The notes: generated by a model from the letters alone, not told the origin. DNA of 64,000 nt from an uncultured Candidatus Saccharibacteria bacterium (GCA_964396685.1 CAYNFS010000003.1:110-64109); one strand, 5' to 3'. Positions 9,650-19,120 are shown, numbered from the stretch's first letter. Program-made: numbers and translations.

Positions 9650-10447
9650 ATGAAAATTGACCAAATCACATCTGTTTTTACCAAATTGGGTCTGTCCAGC
9701 TTGGAAATAGACTGTTTTGTAGAATTGCTTAAAAAAAGCCCTCAAAAGGCTTCTGAACTCGCTAAAAAGTTTGCTCTGCCGAAAGCCACAGTACTTTCGG
9801 CTCTCTATCACCTGTCAGACGAGAAAGGATTAATTAAAAGAACTAAAATCAAGAACTCCTTTCATTTCCTTGTAGAAGATGCTGCAAGTGTTATAAATTT
9901 CATTACTCGAAAAGAGGAAATTCTGCTCGAAAACAAAAGAAATTTAGAACAACTCTTACCCGAACTTCGAGCCATGCAAAATCTGGATGCAATCAAGCCT
10001 AAAATTTTCTATTACGAGGGCAGGGGAGGACTAAAACAAGCCTTTGAACAAGTTTTGGAAGAAGCAGATGAAATAATTGGATATGGAAGTAATGAAGATG
10101 ATGTGAAATATTTGCCAGACTTATATCCGAGTTATTATGAAAGACGCGTCAAGAAAAAAATCCCAGTTAAAGCCATTATTCCCGGCACGGCATTTAATCT
10201 TCAAGAAACTTTAAAAAATGAAATTAAACACCTACGCGCAACTCATCTTATTCCAAAAGAATTTAACTATCCCATTCAAATAAATATCTATCGGCACACG
10301 GCCATTTTTTATTCCTTTGAGGAAAGTTTTGGGCTCGTAATAAAAAGCCGACCCATTGCCGACTGTTTGAAAAAAATCTTTGAATTGGCTTTTGAGAAAG
10401 CTGACGATACGGACAGAGAGATAAGAAAACTAATGAAACATGGATAA
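9650..10447 (+). CDS. TrmB-family transcriptional regulator
   Basis: N-terminal wHTH (LSSLEIDCFVELLKKSPQKASELAKKFALPKATVLSALYHLSDEKGLI) plus a C-terminal TrmB-type domain. AT-rich gene. Confidence 0.6.
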   Translation: MKIDQITSVFTKLGLSSLEIDCFVELLKKSPQKASELAKKFALPKATVLSALYHLSDEKGLIKRTKIKNSFHFLVEDAASVINFITRKEEILLENKRNLEQLLPELRAMQNLDAIKPKIFYYEGRGGLKQAFEQVLEEADEIIGYGSNEDDVKYLPDLYPSYYERRVKKKIPVKAIIPGTAFNLQETLKNEIKHLRATHLIPKEFNYPIQINIYRHTAIFYSFEESFGLVIKSRPIADCLKKIFELAFEKADDTDREIRKLMKHG

Positions 10448-10457
10448 TTTAAACACA

Positions 10458-10477
10458 CACATCACGATCGTGATGTG
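10458..10477. repeat. 20-bp perfect palindrome CACATCACGATCGTGATGTG between two convergent genes
   Basis: Self-complementary. Shares the core CACGATCGTG with the palindromes at 19034-19063 and 43797-43810. Confidence 0.7.
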
Positions 10478-10505
10478 GTTCTTCAGGTTTGACTTATACA
10501 AAAAC

Positions 10506-11711
10506 TTATTTGATCCTCAAAAATCTCTTGCCCAAACGAATCAAACTACCTTTCGTAATTTTCACCACCTTTTTTTCGTCTGATACTTGAGCCCCATCTA
10601 TTTCCACAGCGCCTTCCTTGATCTTGCGTCTGGCTTCGGTTTTGGAGGAGGCCAATTTGCCCTCAACCAACAAGTCAACGATTGCGTATTTGCCAGGTTT
10701 TTTTTGTATTTCAAAATCCGCTTGGATATCTTTTAGAGATTTACCCTTTCCGAACTTCTTGTCAAAAGCGGCTTTGGCCAACGCGGCTTTTTTCCTGTCA
10801 TGATACATGTCGGTAATTTCCAGTCCCAATCTTTCTTTCCAGGCTTTGAAATCAAAATTGATATTCTCAAACCGCCTTTCCGGTTTCAGCAGTTCCAGCT
10901 CTTTTTCTGGGACATCCGTCAGAAGCAAAAAGTATTTGCGTACCAAATCATCCGGGATGGACATGATTTTGCTGTACATTTCGAGCGGCTTCTCCGACAA
11001 GCCGATAGAATTGCCAAAAGATTTGCTCATCTTCCTTACGCCGTCCAGGCCCTCGATTAAGGGAACTGTGATTATGTCTTGTTTTGGCAGACCGTAGCGG
11101 CGCTGCACTTTTCTGCCGGTTAGCAGATTGAATTTCTGATCCGTCCCGCCCAATTCCACATCCGCCTTAACCTCGACCGAATCATACCCCTGCAAAATTG
11201 GGTAAAGCACCTCCAGCATGCTTACGTCTCGCCCTTCTTTGATTCGTTTTTGAAAATCATCCCGTTCCAATGACCGGGCCACGGTAAACTTGCTGGTTAT
11301 TTCAATCAAAAACTTGAGCCCTTTCTTTTTGTACCATTCAGAATTGTATCGAACTTCAGCCTTGCCGACGTCTACAGCCTTGCCCATTTCTTTCAGATAA
11401 CCCCTCATATTGGTCTTGGCTTCGCGTTCAGTTAAAACCGGCCGCAGTTCACTCCTGCCCGATGGGTCGCCTATGGTGGCGGTAAAATCTCCGATAATCA
11501 AAACTGCTTTGTGGCCCAGCTCTTGAAACTGCCGCAATTTTCTCAAAACCACGGTGTGGCCCAAATGCAAATCTTTGGCCGTCGGATCAATACCAAGCTT
11601 AACGCGCAGTTTTTTGCCTGATTTCAAAGCACCCTCTAGATGTTTCTTGTCTATGATTTCTTCTACGCCTCGCGTCAAAAGCCGATCAACACTGCTTGAA
11701 TCCATTTTCAT
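10506..11711 (-). CDS. tyrS: tyrosyl-tRNA synthetase
   Basis: HIGH-type motif HLGH, KMSKS motif KMSKSFGN, a TyrS-like LRQFQELGHKAVLIIGDFTATIGDPSG, and a C-terminal S4 domain. Confidence 0.9.
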   Translation of the reverse strand: MKMDSSSVDRLLTRGVEEIIDKKHLEGALKSGKKLRVKLGIDPTAKDLHLGHTVVLRKLRQFQELGHKAVLIIGDFTATIGDPSGRSELRPVLTEREAKTNMRGYLKEMGKAVDVGKAEVRYNSEWYKKKGLKFLIEITSKFTVARSLERDDFQKRIKEGRDVSMLEVLYPILQGYDSVEVKADVELGGTDQKFNLLTGRKVQRRYGLPKQDIITVPLIEGLDGVRKMSKSFGNSIGLSEKPLEMYSKIMSIPDDLVRKYFLLLTDVPEKELELLKPERRFENINFDFKAWKERLGLEITDMYHDRKKAALAKAAFDKKFGKGKSLKDIQADFEIQKKPGKYAIVDLLVEGKLASSKTEARRKIKEGAVEIDGAQVSDEKKVVKITKGSLIRLGKRFLRIK

Positions 11712-11723
11712 AAAGGCTCAAAC

Positions 11724-12947
11724 TCAATTTATTAAGGCATCATACCAATTATAATTATAAACCCCTTTCACAAGAAAATCGCTTTTCGCCTGGGAAATTA
11801 TGCCCATTCTTCCACTGATTGACTCAAAGCTTTTTTGGACCTTCAACAGAGACGCGGCATGGTGCGGGGTAATCGTGGCGCTACTCTTTATTTCCAAAAG
11901 ATGAAGCCTGCCCCCCAATTCTATAACCAAATCAATTTCCAGGCCATCGCGGGTTCGAAAATAATAAAGCGAAGGCTGTTGGCCGTGGTGCATAAATCGC
12001 TTCCAAAAATCCGTAACCACTAGCGTTTCAAATAAAGCCGGAAAAGCTAAACCGCCCAAAAGCACCTCTTCGTTCTGCAGCCGCAGTAAATAAGCGGCCA
12101 AGCCGGTATCAGTAAAATAGAGCTTCGGGCTTTTGATTAATCGCTTTCCCAAATTTCGGTAATACGGAGGAATTAATAAAACTTGATAGCTGGCGATCAA
12201 AACCGACAGCCACCTTTTTGCTGTGGCGACCGAAATCCCGGTATCTCTGGCCAATTCAGAAAGGTTCAAGATTTGGCCGGTCCGAATGGCGCACAGGCGG
12301 AGGAAGGTCTCAAACAAGAACAAATCTCCAACCTGCTCAATGCTCCTTACGTCCCTTTCCAAATAGGTGTTAATATACGAACTGCACCAAATTTCCGGCT
12401 CTAATTTGCGGCTCAAGGCAAGCTCTGGATAACTGCCGCGGATGAGCACTTTAGCCAGAGAAGTCAACGGTTTTTTCACTGGCAAGCGATCAGGGCTTAA
12501 TTTCAACCAATTCTCGACACTGGCGCTTTTTTCGCCAAGCCCCAGCCTCTCCGCCAAGGAAAAAGGCAACAGATGCAAAACCGCTACTCTTCCGGCCAAA
12601 GATTCGCTCAAATTTTTCATTAAAACAAAGTTTTGCGAGCCGGTTAAAAGCCACTGTCCCGGCTTTCTGCGAAGATCGATTTGTTCTTTCACATAAATCA
12701 GCAGCTCCGGCACATATTGGATTTCATCCAAGATCAAGGGGGGGTGATTGTGGGCCAAAAATTGGCGAGGATCAGCTTTGATTTTGGCCCTCACTTCCGG
12801 ATCCTCGAGATTGATATATTTTGCCCTATTCAGAAAAAGCGCTTTCAAAAGAGTGGTTTTCCCCGATTGTCTGGGGCCGGTAACCACTATCGCCGGGAAG
12901 GTTCGGGCCGCCTTTTTTATAATCTGGCTTAAAGTCCGAGCTTTCAT
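11724..12947 (-). CDS. AAA+ ATPase with DUF4143 (COG1373-type)
   Basis: Walker A VVTGPRQSGKTTLLKAL followed by the architecture typical of the ubiquitous AAA_14/DUF4143 proteins. Confidence 0.75.
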   Translation of the reverse strand: MKARTLSQIIKKAARTFPAIVVTGPRQSGKTTLLKALFLNRAKYINLEDPEVRAKIKADPRQFLAHNHPPLILDEIQYVPELLIYVKEQIDLRRKPGQWLLTGSQNFVLMKNLSESLAGRVAVLHLLPFSLAERLGLGEKSASVENWLKLSPDRLPVKKPLTSLAKVLIRGSYPELALSRKLEPEIWCSSYINTYLERDVRSIEQVGDLFLFETFLRLCAIRTGQILNLSELARDTGISVATAKRWLSVLIASYQVLLIPPYYRNLGKRLIKSPKLYFTDTGLAAYLLRLQNEEVLLGGLAFPALFETLVVTDFWKRFMHHGQQPSLYYFRTRDGLEIDLVIELGGRLHLLEIKSSATITPHHAASLLKVQKSFESISGRMGIISQAKSDFLVKGVYNYNWYDALIN

Positions 12948-13011
12948 ACCTATATTTTAACCCTGCTAATTTATTTTGTCAAGTTAAATCGGCAGGGTAG
13001 TCTCATCAGCA

Positions 13012-13046
13012 TTGCAGGAAAAAATCAGGCGGGCGCTGCCATCAGC
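13012..13046 (-). terminator. rho-independent terminator for the minus-strand gene 13066-14031
   Basis: On the minus strand, GGCGGGTGCTG...CAGCGCCCGCC hairpin followed by TGATTTTTTCC. A 13-bp perfect hairpin GAACGGCTCAACC-GC-GGTTGAGCCGTTC overlaps the stop codon at 13052-13079. Confidence 0.5.
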
Positions 13047-13065
13047 ACCCGCCCCAAGGAACGGC

Positions 13066-14031
13066 TCAACCGCGGTTGAGCCGTTCTTCTAGCTCCTCCA
13101 GTTTAGCCATGAGCTTCTGGCGCATTCCCGCCGCGAACGGGTTGCCGTTCTCGATAGTCTCAAAGAGCTCCCAGGAATCGCTGCCCAAAAGTCTGGTAGC
13201 CTCCATCAGGTGTTCGTATGCCTTGGTAGCTAGCTCCGAATCACCGACCCCAAGCTCTGACATGGCGCGGGCGATGAAATGCGTTAATCCCTGCACCCTA
13301 GCCATCTCGCGGTCGTGCTCCGCTGGCTCCTTGACGATGGGATGCAAACGAAAACCACGTCGTAGCAGATTGTGGACTATGTTCACTCGCTTTTCGCTTA
13401 TGCGGACTGGACACAGCACAATCTTATGCCCATTCAGGCCGTCTTTGGCGCTTTGCGGTCCAAACAGAGGATGAGTCGCAAGAATCTCCACTCCAGACGG
13501 CAAGTATTGGAGCATGAGATTAACCGGCTCCTGCTTGACCGAACAGACATCAACAATCAAAGCTCCAGGCCGAAGAGCGGAGGAGATCTGTTTCAGCAGC
13601 TCTTCCAGATTTTGGAAAGGGACTGCCAAAACGATAATCTCCCTGTCTACTGCCTCTGCAAGAGAGCCCCAGCAAAATCCTGTCTGCGGGCTTTCGGGCT
13701 GCTTTATGTCCGTAACCATAACATCACAGAAGGCGCGAGCGAGGTGTGCGGCGGCAAACCTGCCAAAGTTTCCGAAACCAATGATGCCGAGAGGCCGATT
13801 GCACTTGCGGTCCTTTTCCCAGTCGGAAACCACTTGGCTACATTTCGTGCAGTGAATGTCGCTTCCGCATAGCTGGAAGCAACCAATTTGGGTCCAATTT
13901 TCTGGCTGGCATTTTTCCCGGTGCGACTCCAGAATGAACAGTAGCCATGGGTAATCGTGCTGAAGCCGCTGCCAAGTTGATCCGCCACCTCCGCTACAAT
14001 CACCCGCATCGTATCTGTTACCTTTCGTCAT
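13066..14031 (-). CDS. prephenate/arogenate dehydrogenase-like NAD(P) oxidoreductase with a Cys-rich N-terminal extension
   Basis: Rossmann motif IIGFGNFGRFAA and a TyrA-like HPLFGP motif. The N-terminal 80 aa carry 7 Cys (CFQLCGSDIHCTKC). The gene is GC-rich relative to its flanks. Confidence 0.5.
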   Translation of the reverse strand: MTKGNRYDAGDCSGGGGSTWQRLQHDYPWLLFILESHREKCQPENWTQIGCFQLCGSDIHCTKCSQVVSDWEKDRKCNRPLGIIGFGNFGRFAAAHLARAFCDVMVTDIKQPESPQTGFCWGSLAEAVDREIIVLAVPFQNLEELLKQISSALRPGALIVDVCSVKQEPVNLMLQYLPSGVEILATHPLFGPQSAKDGLNGHKIVLCPVRISEKRVNIVHNLLRRGFRLHPIVKEPAEHDREMARVQGLTHFIARAMSELGVGDSELATKAYEHLMEATRLLGSDSWELFETIENGNPFAAGMRQKLMAKLEELEERLNRG

Positions 14032-14212
14032 ACTTCCTCCTCTCCACCAACCTTTTCGTCAACCAGAACAAACAGAAGGTAATAGCCACGGTAACGATGA
14101 TAGACACAACCTTAGTGCCTACAGGCCACTGGTGCCTCATCATTGTTCCATCCAGCACATAGTTCACTAACACCCACTCACGCCAAACGCCATCACAAAG
14201 AGGGCAAGGCAT
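14018..14212 (-). CDS. small membrane protein with an N-terminal CPLC motif, translationally coupled to the downstream dehydrogenase
   Basis: 64 aa, MPCPLCDGVW..., TM helix VVSIIVTVAITFCLFWL. Overlaps the next gene's start by 14 nt. Confidence 0.3.
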   Translation of the reverse strand: MPCPLCDGVWREWVLVNYVLDGTMMRHQWPVGTKVVSIIVTVAITFCLFWLTKRLVERRKYDER

Positions 14213-14518
14213 TGGTTCGCATAAACCAAACTGTCTATTCGCTTTCCCATTTTTTCTTCCTCCATTCCGCCGGGAAGCGATTGCCTCCGGGCTTCAATCT
14301 ACCTACGCACCAAAGGATGGTGCCTCCGTTTCACGGAATTGTGAAAGAACAAAAAACTGACCTTTCAAGAGGCCAGGTGGAGAAGCTTGAGTGGGGAAAC
14401 TAATGACTAATAATCGACAACTGATAACCAAACTTAAGCGCCTGGAAACTGGCCTCTTGGGAGAAGCCGTAGTAATAGGCGCGGACTAGTTGAAATGTTT
14501 TGATTATCATACTTTTCT

Positions 14519-14544
14519 GGATTCCCGCCTTCGCGGGAATGACA
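14519..14544. repeat. hairpin repeat GGATTCCCGCCTTCGCGGGAATGACA (GGAATGAC palindromic repeat family)
   Basis: Inverted repeat TCATTCCCGCG/CGCGGGAATGA. Related copies at 17808, 19081, 31442, 48199 and 52579. A second hairpin CCGCCCCT...AGGGGCGG follows at 14561-14582. Confidence 0.7.
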
Positions 14545-14735
14545 TAAGAGAAACAAAAAACCGCCCCTTTCTGCAGGGGCGGCTTCAAGAGAATGAAAAA
14601 TCCAAATTACCGCAACATCTGCAGAAAGCAGTTTGCAGCGTAATAAATGCCTGAATTTAGAGTCAAATTTATCATAACTAGAGCCAGTTTACCCCAACTA
14701 GAGGATTTTGTCAATACTTTGTATAATTACATCTA

Positions 14736-17581
14736 TGGGCAATTACTTTCGTGGCTGGAAAAGCACAAACCGGGGCAACACATATTTTCAAAGGCTCTCG
14801 AGACAGTCTTTTGATTCGGGCCGGCGCGACGGTTTTTTCAAAAAGTTCGCATTCCGGCTTTGGCATCTTTTCAGGCAATTTTTGCGCTGGCTGTTTTTGA
14901 CCAAAGGCATCTGGACAAAACTGGCTGTTTTGGCGGTGGCCGGCGGCCTGATACTTTTCATTTTTTTGGGTTTGCTGTTTGCCTATTACTCTTTTAACCT
15001 CCCCGACCCAAACAAACTCGCGGAGCGGGTCATCCCGGAATCAACGAAAATTTTTGACCGCAACGGCAAACTTCTTTATGAAATTCACGGCGAAGCCAGG
15101 CGCACCCTCGTCACTTTGGACCAAATCCCCACACACACCAAAGAGGCAACGTTGGCAATTGAGGATAAAAATTTCTACAAACACGGGGGCGTCAGTCTCA
15201 CTGGCATTGCCCGCGCCACACTGGTCAATCTCCTCAAAGGCGGCAAGGTCCAGGGGGGCTCGACCATCACCCAGCAGTTTGTGCGGACCGCGGTGCTGAC
15301 CCGGGAAAAAACCTTTGCGCGCAAGTTCAAAGAAATTGCCCTCTCGCTTCAGCTTGAGCGCCGCTACAGCAAAGACGAAATCCTCCAGCTTTATTTCAAC
15401 GAAATTCCTTTCGGCTCGACAATCTACGGAATTGAGGCGGCAAGCCAAGCTTTTTTTGACAAACCAGCCAAAGACTTGGATCTTGCCGAATCAGCTTACC
15501 TGGCGGCTATCCCCAAGGCCCCAACTTACTATTCGCCTTTTGGACCCAATCGGGAAGAACTTGACGCCCGCGCCGACACGGTGCTGCAGCTCATGTATGA
15601 GCAGGGCTATATTACCAAAGAGCAGAGAAATCTGGCACAAAACGAAAAAATCGAATTTCGCAACATCGGCCGCGGTATTCTGGCCCCCCACTTTGTCCTC
15701 TATGTCCAAGACTTGCTTGCCCAAAAATACGGAGAAATTAGCCTGCAGGAAGGAGGACTCAAGGTTACGACCACGTTGGATTTGGAGCTTCAGAAAGTTG
15801 CGGAAGAAGCAGTCGCCAAGCAAGGCGCGATCAACGAAGAAAAATACAAAGCGAAAAATGCCGCACTCGTCAGCGTTGACCCAAAGACCGGGCAAATTTT
15901 AGCCATGGTTGGCTCCCGCGATTACTTCAATGACGCTATCGACGGCCAGGTAAACGTCGCCATACGCCCGCGCCAACCCGGCTCTTCCTTTAAGCCCTAT
16001 GTTTATGCCACAGCCTTCAAAAAAGGCATGAGTCCCGCAACCATGCTTCTGGATGTAACCACCAATTTTGGCGAATTCGGCGGCAAAGAATATATACCCC
16101 AAGACTATGACGGCAAAAACCGAGGCCCTGTTTCAATTCGTTCCGCTCTGCAAGGCTCGCTTAACATCCCGGCGGTCAAAACCTTGCTTCTTACGGGAAT
16201 TGAAGACTCGATCCAGACCGCTGAAAATTTAGGGATTACCACGCTTAAAGACCGCTCCCGCTTTGGCCCCTCAATTGTGCTGGGCGGAGCAGACGTCAAA
16301 CTGCTGGAGCACGCGGCGGCCTTTGGAGCTTTTGCAACCGGCGGTATTCGGCATGAGACTACAGCAATTCTTAAGGTGGAGGACCGGCAGGGTAAAATTT
16401 TGGAAGAATTTAAGGCCGGGGCGGGAAAAGAAGTGTTGAATCCGCAAATTGCATACCAGATAAACCACGTGCTTTCGGACAATGAATCCCGAATATTTAT
16501 CTTTGGCCGCAATAACAGACTTACTTTGCCGGGAAGGCCAGCAGCTGCCAAAACCGGAACGACCCAGGAAAACCGGGACAATTGGGTAATTGGTTACACG
16601 CCCTCTCTCGTAACCGGCGTCTGGGTCGGCAACAATGACAACTCGCAAATGGCCGAACGGGCGTTCGGCTCCTCGACAACCGCCCCGATCTGGCAGGAAT
16701 TTATGACCCGCGCCCTTGCCGGCAAACCGGCGGAAGAATTTGTCCGGCCGGAAGGGATCACGGAAGTTGCCGTTGACGTCCTTTCCGGCAAACTCCCCAC
16801 CCAATTTACGCCCTCCACAAAAACGGAGATTTTCTCGACGTTTAACCTGCCGACCGAATATGATGACGTCCATATTCCGGTCACAATTGACGGACAAAGT
16901 GTCGTCCAAACCGCGCTGCATGCCGAAAAACCTCAAGATCCCGCCTGGGAAGAACCGGTGAAAGCCTGGGCGCTGTCCAATGGTTACAGTTATCTTCCGT
17001 CCTCCCAAAACAACTATGGCAAAATTGACACCTCTCTCAATCTAGACATTATGGTGCCCGACAAGGTTGCCTCTCTTCCTTGGAAAGTGAAAACCACGAC
17101 GACCGGAAACGATATTGCCGAACTGCAGCTCTTTTTGGATAATGATTTTCTCACCAGTGCTCTTGGTAAGACGCTTGAATACGAATCATCTCTGGCCCGG
17201 GTGGACGGCCGCCACCAGCTCATGGTTCAAGTCAAAACCACTGATGGCCGCACCAACCGCAAGATTCTTAACCTGGAATTTGCCTTGGGCACAAAACTTT
17301 TACTGCTTTACCCCGCTGACAATCAAGAACTCCAACTGCCGGCCAACTTGGTTTTGGAATCAAGCATAGATGTCGCCCCCGAAAATGTGAAATTTGTCAG
17401 GCGCTCGGCTCCCGGCCAAGAAAATCAAGTCTTGGGGCTTGTTACCAAACAACAAATTGGTCAAATCTACCGCTACACACTAAACTGGGCCGAGGACGCC
17501 GCGCCCGCAGCGGGAAGCTACTCGCTTTATGCCCAAATTGGAGCTGATAAAAGCAACTTCGTCACCGTAAAAATTCCCTAA
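14736..17581 (+). CDS. class A penicillin-binding protein (PBP1A; transglycosylase + transpeptidase) with a long C-terminal extension
   Basis: GT51 motif LAIEDKNFYKHGGVS and transpeptidase SxxK motif GSSFKPYVYATAF. Start chosen at the ATG after the TGTATAAT -10-like element; the track ORF begins at 14708. Confidence 0.85.
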
Positions 17582-17601
17582 AAGCTTTACGAAATACGAA
17601 T

Positions 17602-18969
17602 TTGTACGAATATACGAATATTTTAATTCTCTTGGGGCTTGGTTTTTTTGCACTGACCGCAATCTTTCGTCGTGAGCGGGCTTTGTACCTGATCATCCTC
17701 CTGCTGCCAACTTATCAAATCCGCTTCAAAGTTGCGGGCATCCCAATGACTTTTCTGGAAGGGATGATTTTGATTCTCGCCATTGTGGAATTTAGCTCGC
17801 GGGTCTTGTCATTCCCGCGAAGGCGGGAATCTAGCGAGTGGATTCCCCGATCAAGTCGGGGAATGACATTGTTTTTTATTTTTCTTTTCCTACTTGCGGC
17901 ACTAATTTCTGTTTCTACCGGCCCCAATCTCGCAAAGGCGGCCGGCATTTTCAAAGCCTATTTTTTTGAGGCTGTCCTGTTCTGCTTTCTGGTCTTGCTA
18001 ATTATTGACACTCAAAAAAAGTTACGGCTCCTTTTCAAAGCCTTGACAATACTCGCGCTTTATCTCTCGATCTTTGGCATCTACCAGTTTATTACCCTTC
18101 ACGGCCTCCCTTACAACTGGTGGGCGGTGGATGTTGAAAGCAGGCGAATTGTTTCGGTTCTAAACCACCCAAACGCTTTGGCTTTACTTTTAGGGCCTCT
18201 TCTGGCTATGTTAATCTTTCTGCCGTATAAGAAAAAACTTGAATGGCTCACCATAACCCTAGCCGTTGTCACCCTCTACCTCTCTTTCTCCCGCGCCTCT
18301 TGGCTGGCATTAATAACTACCATTATCGTATTTACCCTTGTCTCCTGGCTCCGACGTTACGTCGCGAGCTGGCGAGGAGAGAGACTGAAAGAGAGGTCAA
18401 GGCTTGGCTTAAAACTTACCGCTGTGACATTGGGGATAATTTTTATTATCATCATTATTCCATTTTCCAGAACCAAAATTTTAGACCTCGCGCGCGGCCA
18501 GGATCCCTCACAGCAAAACCGGTACGTGCTATGGTCTGCGGCGGCCGATATGCTAAAAAAAAACCCTTTTTTGGGGGTGGGGCTGATGGGCTTTCACGAA
18601 GCCTACAAAAATTACCCCCTTGGCCCTGATCAGGTCGTGCAAAACTACCCACATAATTTCTTTTTGAATTTCTGGGTAGAGACTGGTTTGCTAGGACTGA
18701 TTTCAATAATCGGGCTTTTGATATTATTCTTCAAAAAAGTAACAAAACTCCTCTCCACAGCCACCTCTGGATTTTCTCCCCCTGCCCGAGGGGGAGACGA
18801 AGAGGGGGTGGGAGAGAGGTCACAAATGGCTCCTTTCGCTCTCGCTGCAGCCGCCGGCATGAGCATGATCATTCTTCACGGCCTTGTTGACGTCTCCTAT
18901 TTCAAAAACGATCTGTCGGTTTTGTTTTGGCTAATTTATTCACTTCCTTTCCTGTCATTGCGAGCGTAA
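17602..18969 (+). CDS. O-antigen ligase/polymerase-like polytopic membrane protein carrying in-frame repeat insertions
   Basis: At least 10 hydrophobic helices and a Wzy_C-like loop region. The translation contains SFPRRRESSEWIPRSSRGMT (from the hairpin repeat) and FSPPARGGDEEGVGERS (from the CTCCCCC...GGGGGAG palindrome). Confidence 0.5.
   Translation: MYEYTNILILLGLGFFALTAIFRRERALYLIILLLPTYQIRFKVAGIPMTFLEGMILILAIVEFSSRVLSFPRRRESSEWIPRSSRGMTLFFIFLFLLAALISVSTGPNLAKAAGIFKAYFFEAVLFCFLVLLIIDTQKKLRLLFKALTILALYLSIFGIYQFITLHGLPYNWWAVDVESRRIVSVLNHPNALALLLGPLLAMLIFLPYKKKLEWLTITLAVVTLYLSFSRASWLALITTIIVFTLVSWLRRYVASWRGERLKERSRLGLKLTAVTLGIIFIIIIIPFSRTKILDLARGQDPSQQNRYVLWSAAADMLKKNPFLGVGLMGFHEAYKNYPLGPDQVVQNYPHNFFLNFWVETGLLGLISIIGLLILFFKKVTKLLSTATSGFSPPARGGDEEGVGERSQMAPFALAAAAGMSMIILHGLVDVSYFKNDLSVLFWLIYSLPFLSLRA
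17808..17868. repeat. two tandem hairpin repeats (GTCATTCCCGCGAAGGCGGGAATC + GGATTCCCCGATCAAGTCGGGGAATGACA) inside a CDS, frame preserved
   Basis: Same family as 14519-14544. Translated as SFPRRRES...IPRSSRGMT within the ORF 17602-18969. Confidence 0.7.
18774..18798. repeat. palindromic element TCTCCCCCTGCCCGAGGGGGAGA inside a CDS
   Basis: CTCCCCC/GGGGGAG inverted repeat, in frame. A sister element sits in tal at 49150-49172. Confidence 0.6.
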
Positions 18970-18975
18970 ACGAAG
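18953..18975. repeat. TGTCATTGCGAGCG repeat at the gene end (a second copy at 30006-30037)
   Basis: The same GTCATTGCGAG...CGAAGCAATC-type motif occurs upstream of hisG at 30006-30037. Confidence 0.5.
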
Positions 18976-19033
18976 TAATTTATTTCGGGAGTCCCAAGCA
19001 TTTTTATTGCTTCGGGGGTACTAACCGAACTAG

Positions 19034-19063
19034 ACAACTACCACACGATCGTGTGGTAGTTGT
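19034..19063. repeat. 30-bp perfect palindrome ACAACTACCACACGATCGTGTGGTAGTTGT between convergent genes
   Basis: Fully self-complementary, core CACGATCGTG. Followed at 19081-19110 by the hairpin repeat GATTCCGTATCAGGTAAGTACGGAATGACA. Confidence 0.7.
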
Positions 19064-19120
19064 TCAAAAATTATTAACTAGATTCCGTATCAGGTAAGTA
19101 CGGAATGACAACAATGATAA

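Noticed and set aside
14400-14588. Minus-strand 62-aa ORF
   Set aside because: It is made entirely of hairpin-repeat sequence (its translation includes IPAKAGIQ) and has no coding signal.
14708-14735. First nine codons of the track's PBP1A ORF
   Set aside because: They overlap the probable -10 element. The next ATG at 14736 was chosen (low confidence).
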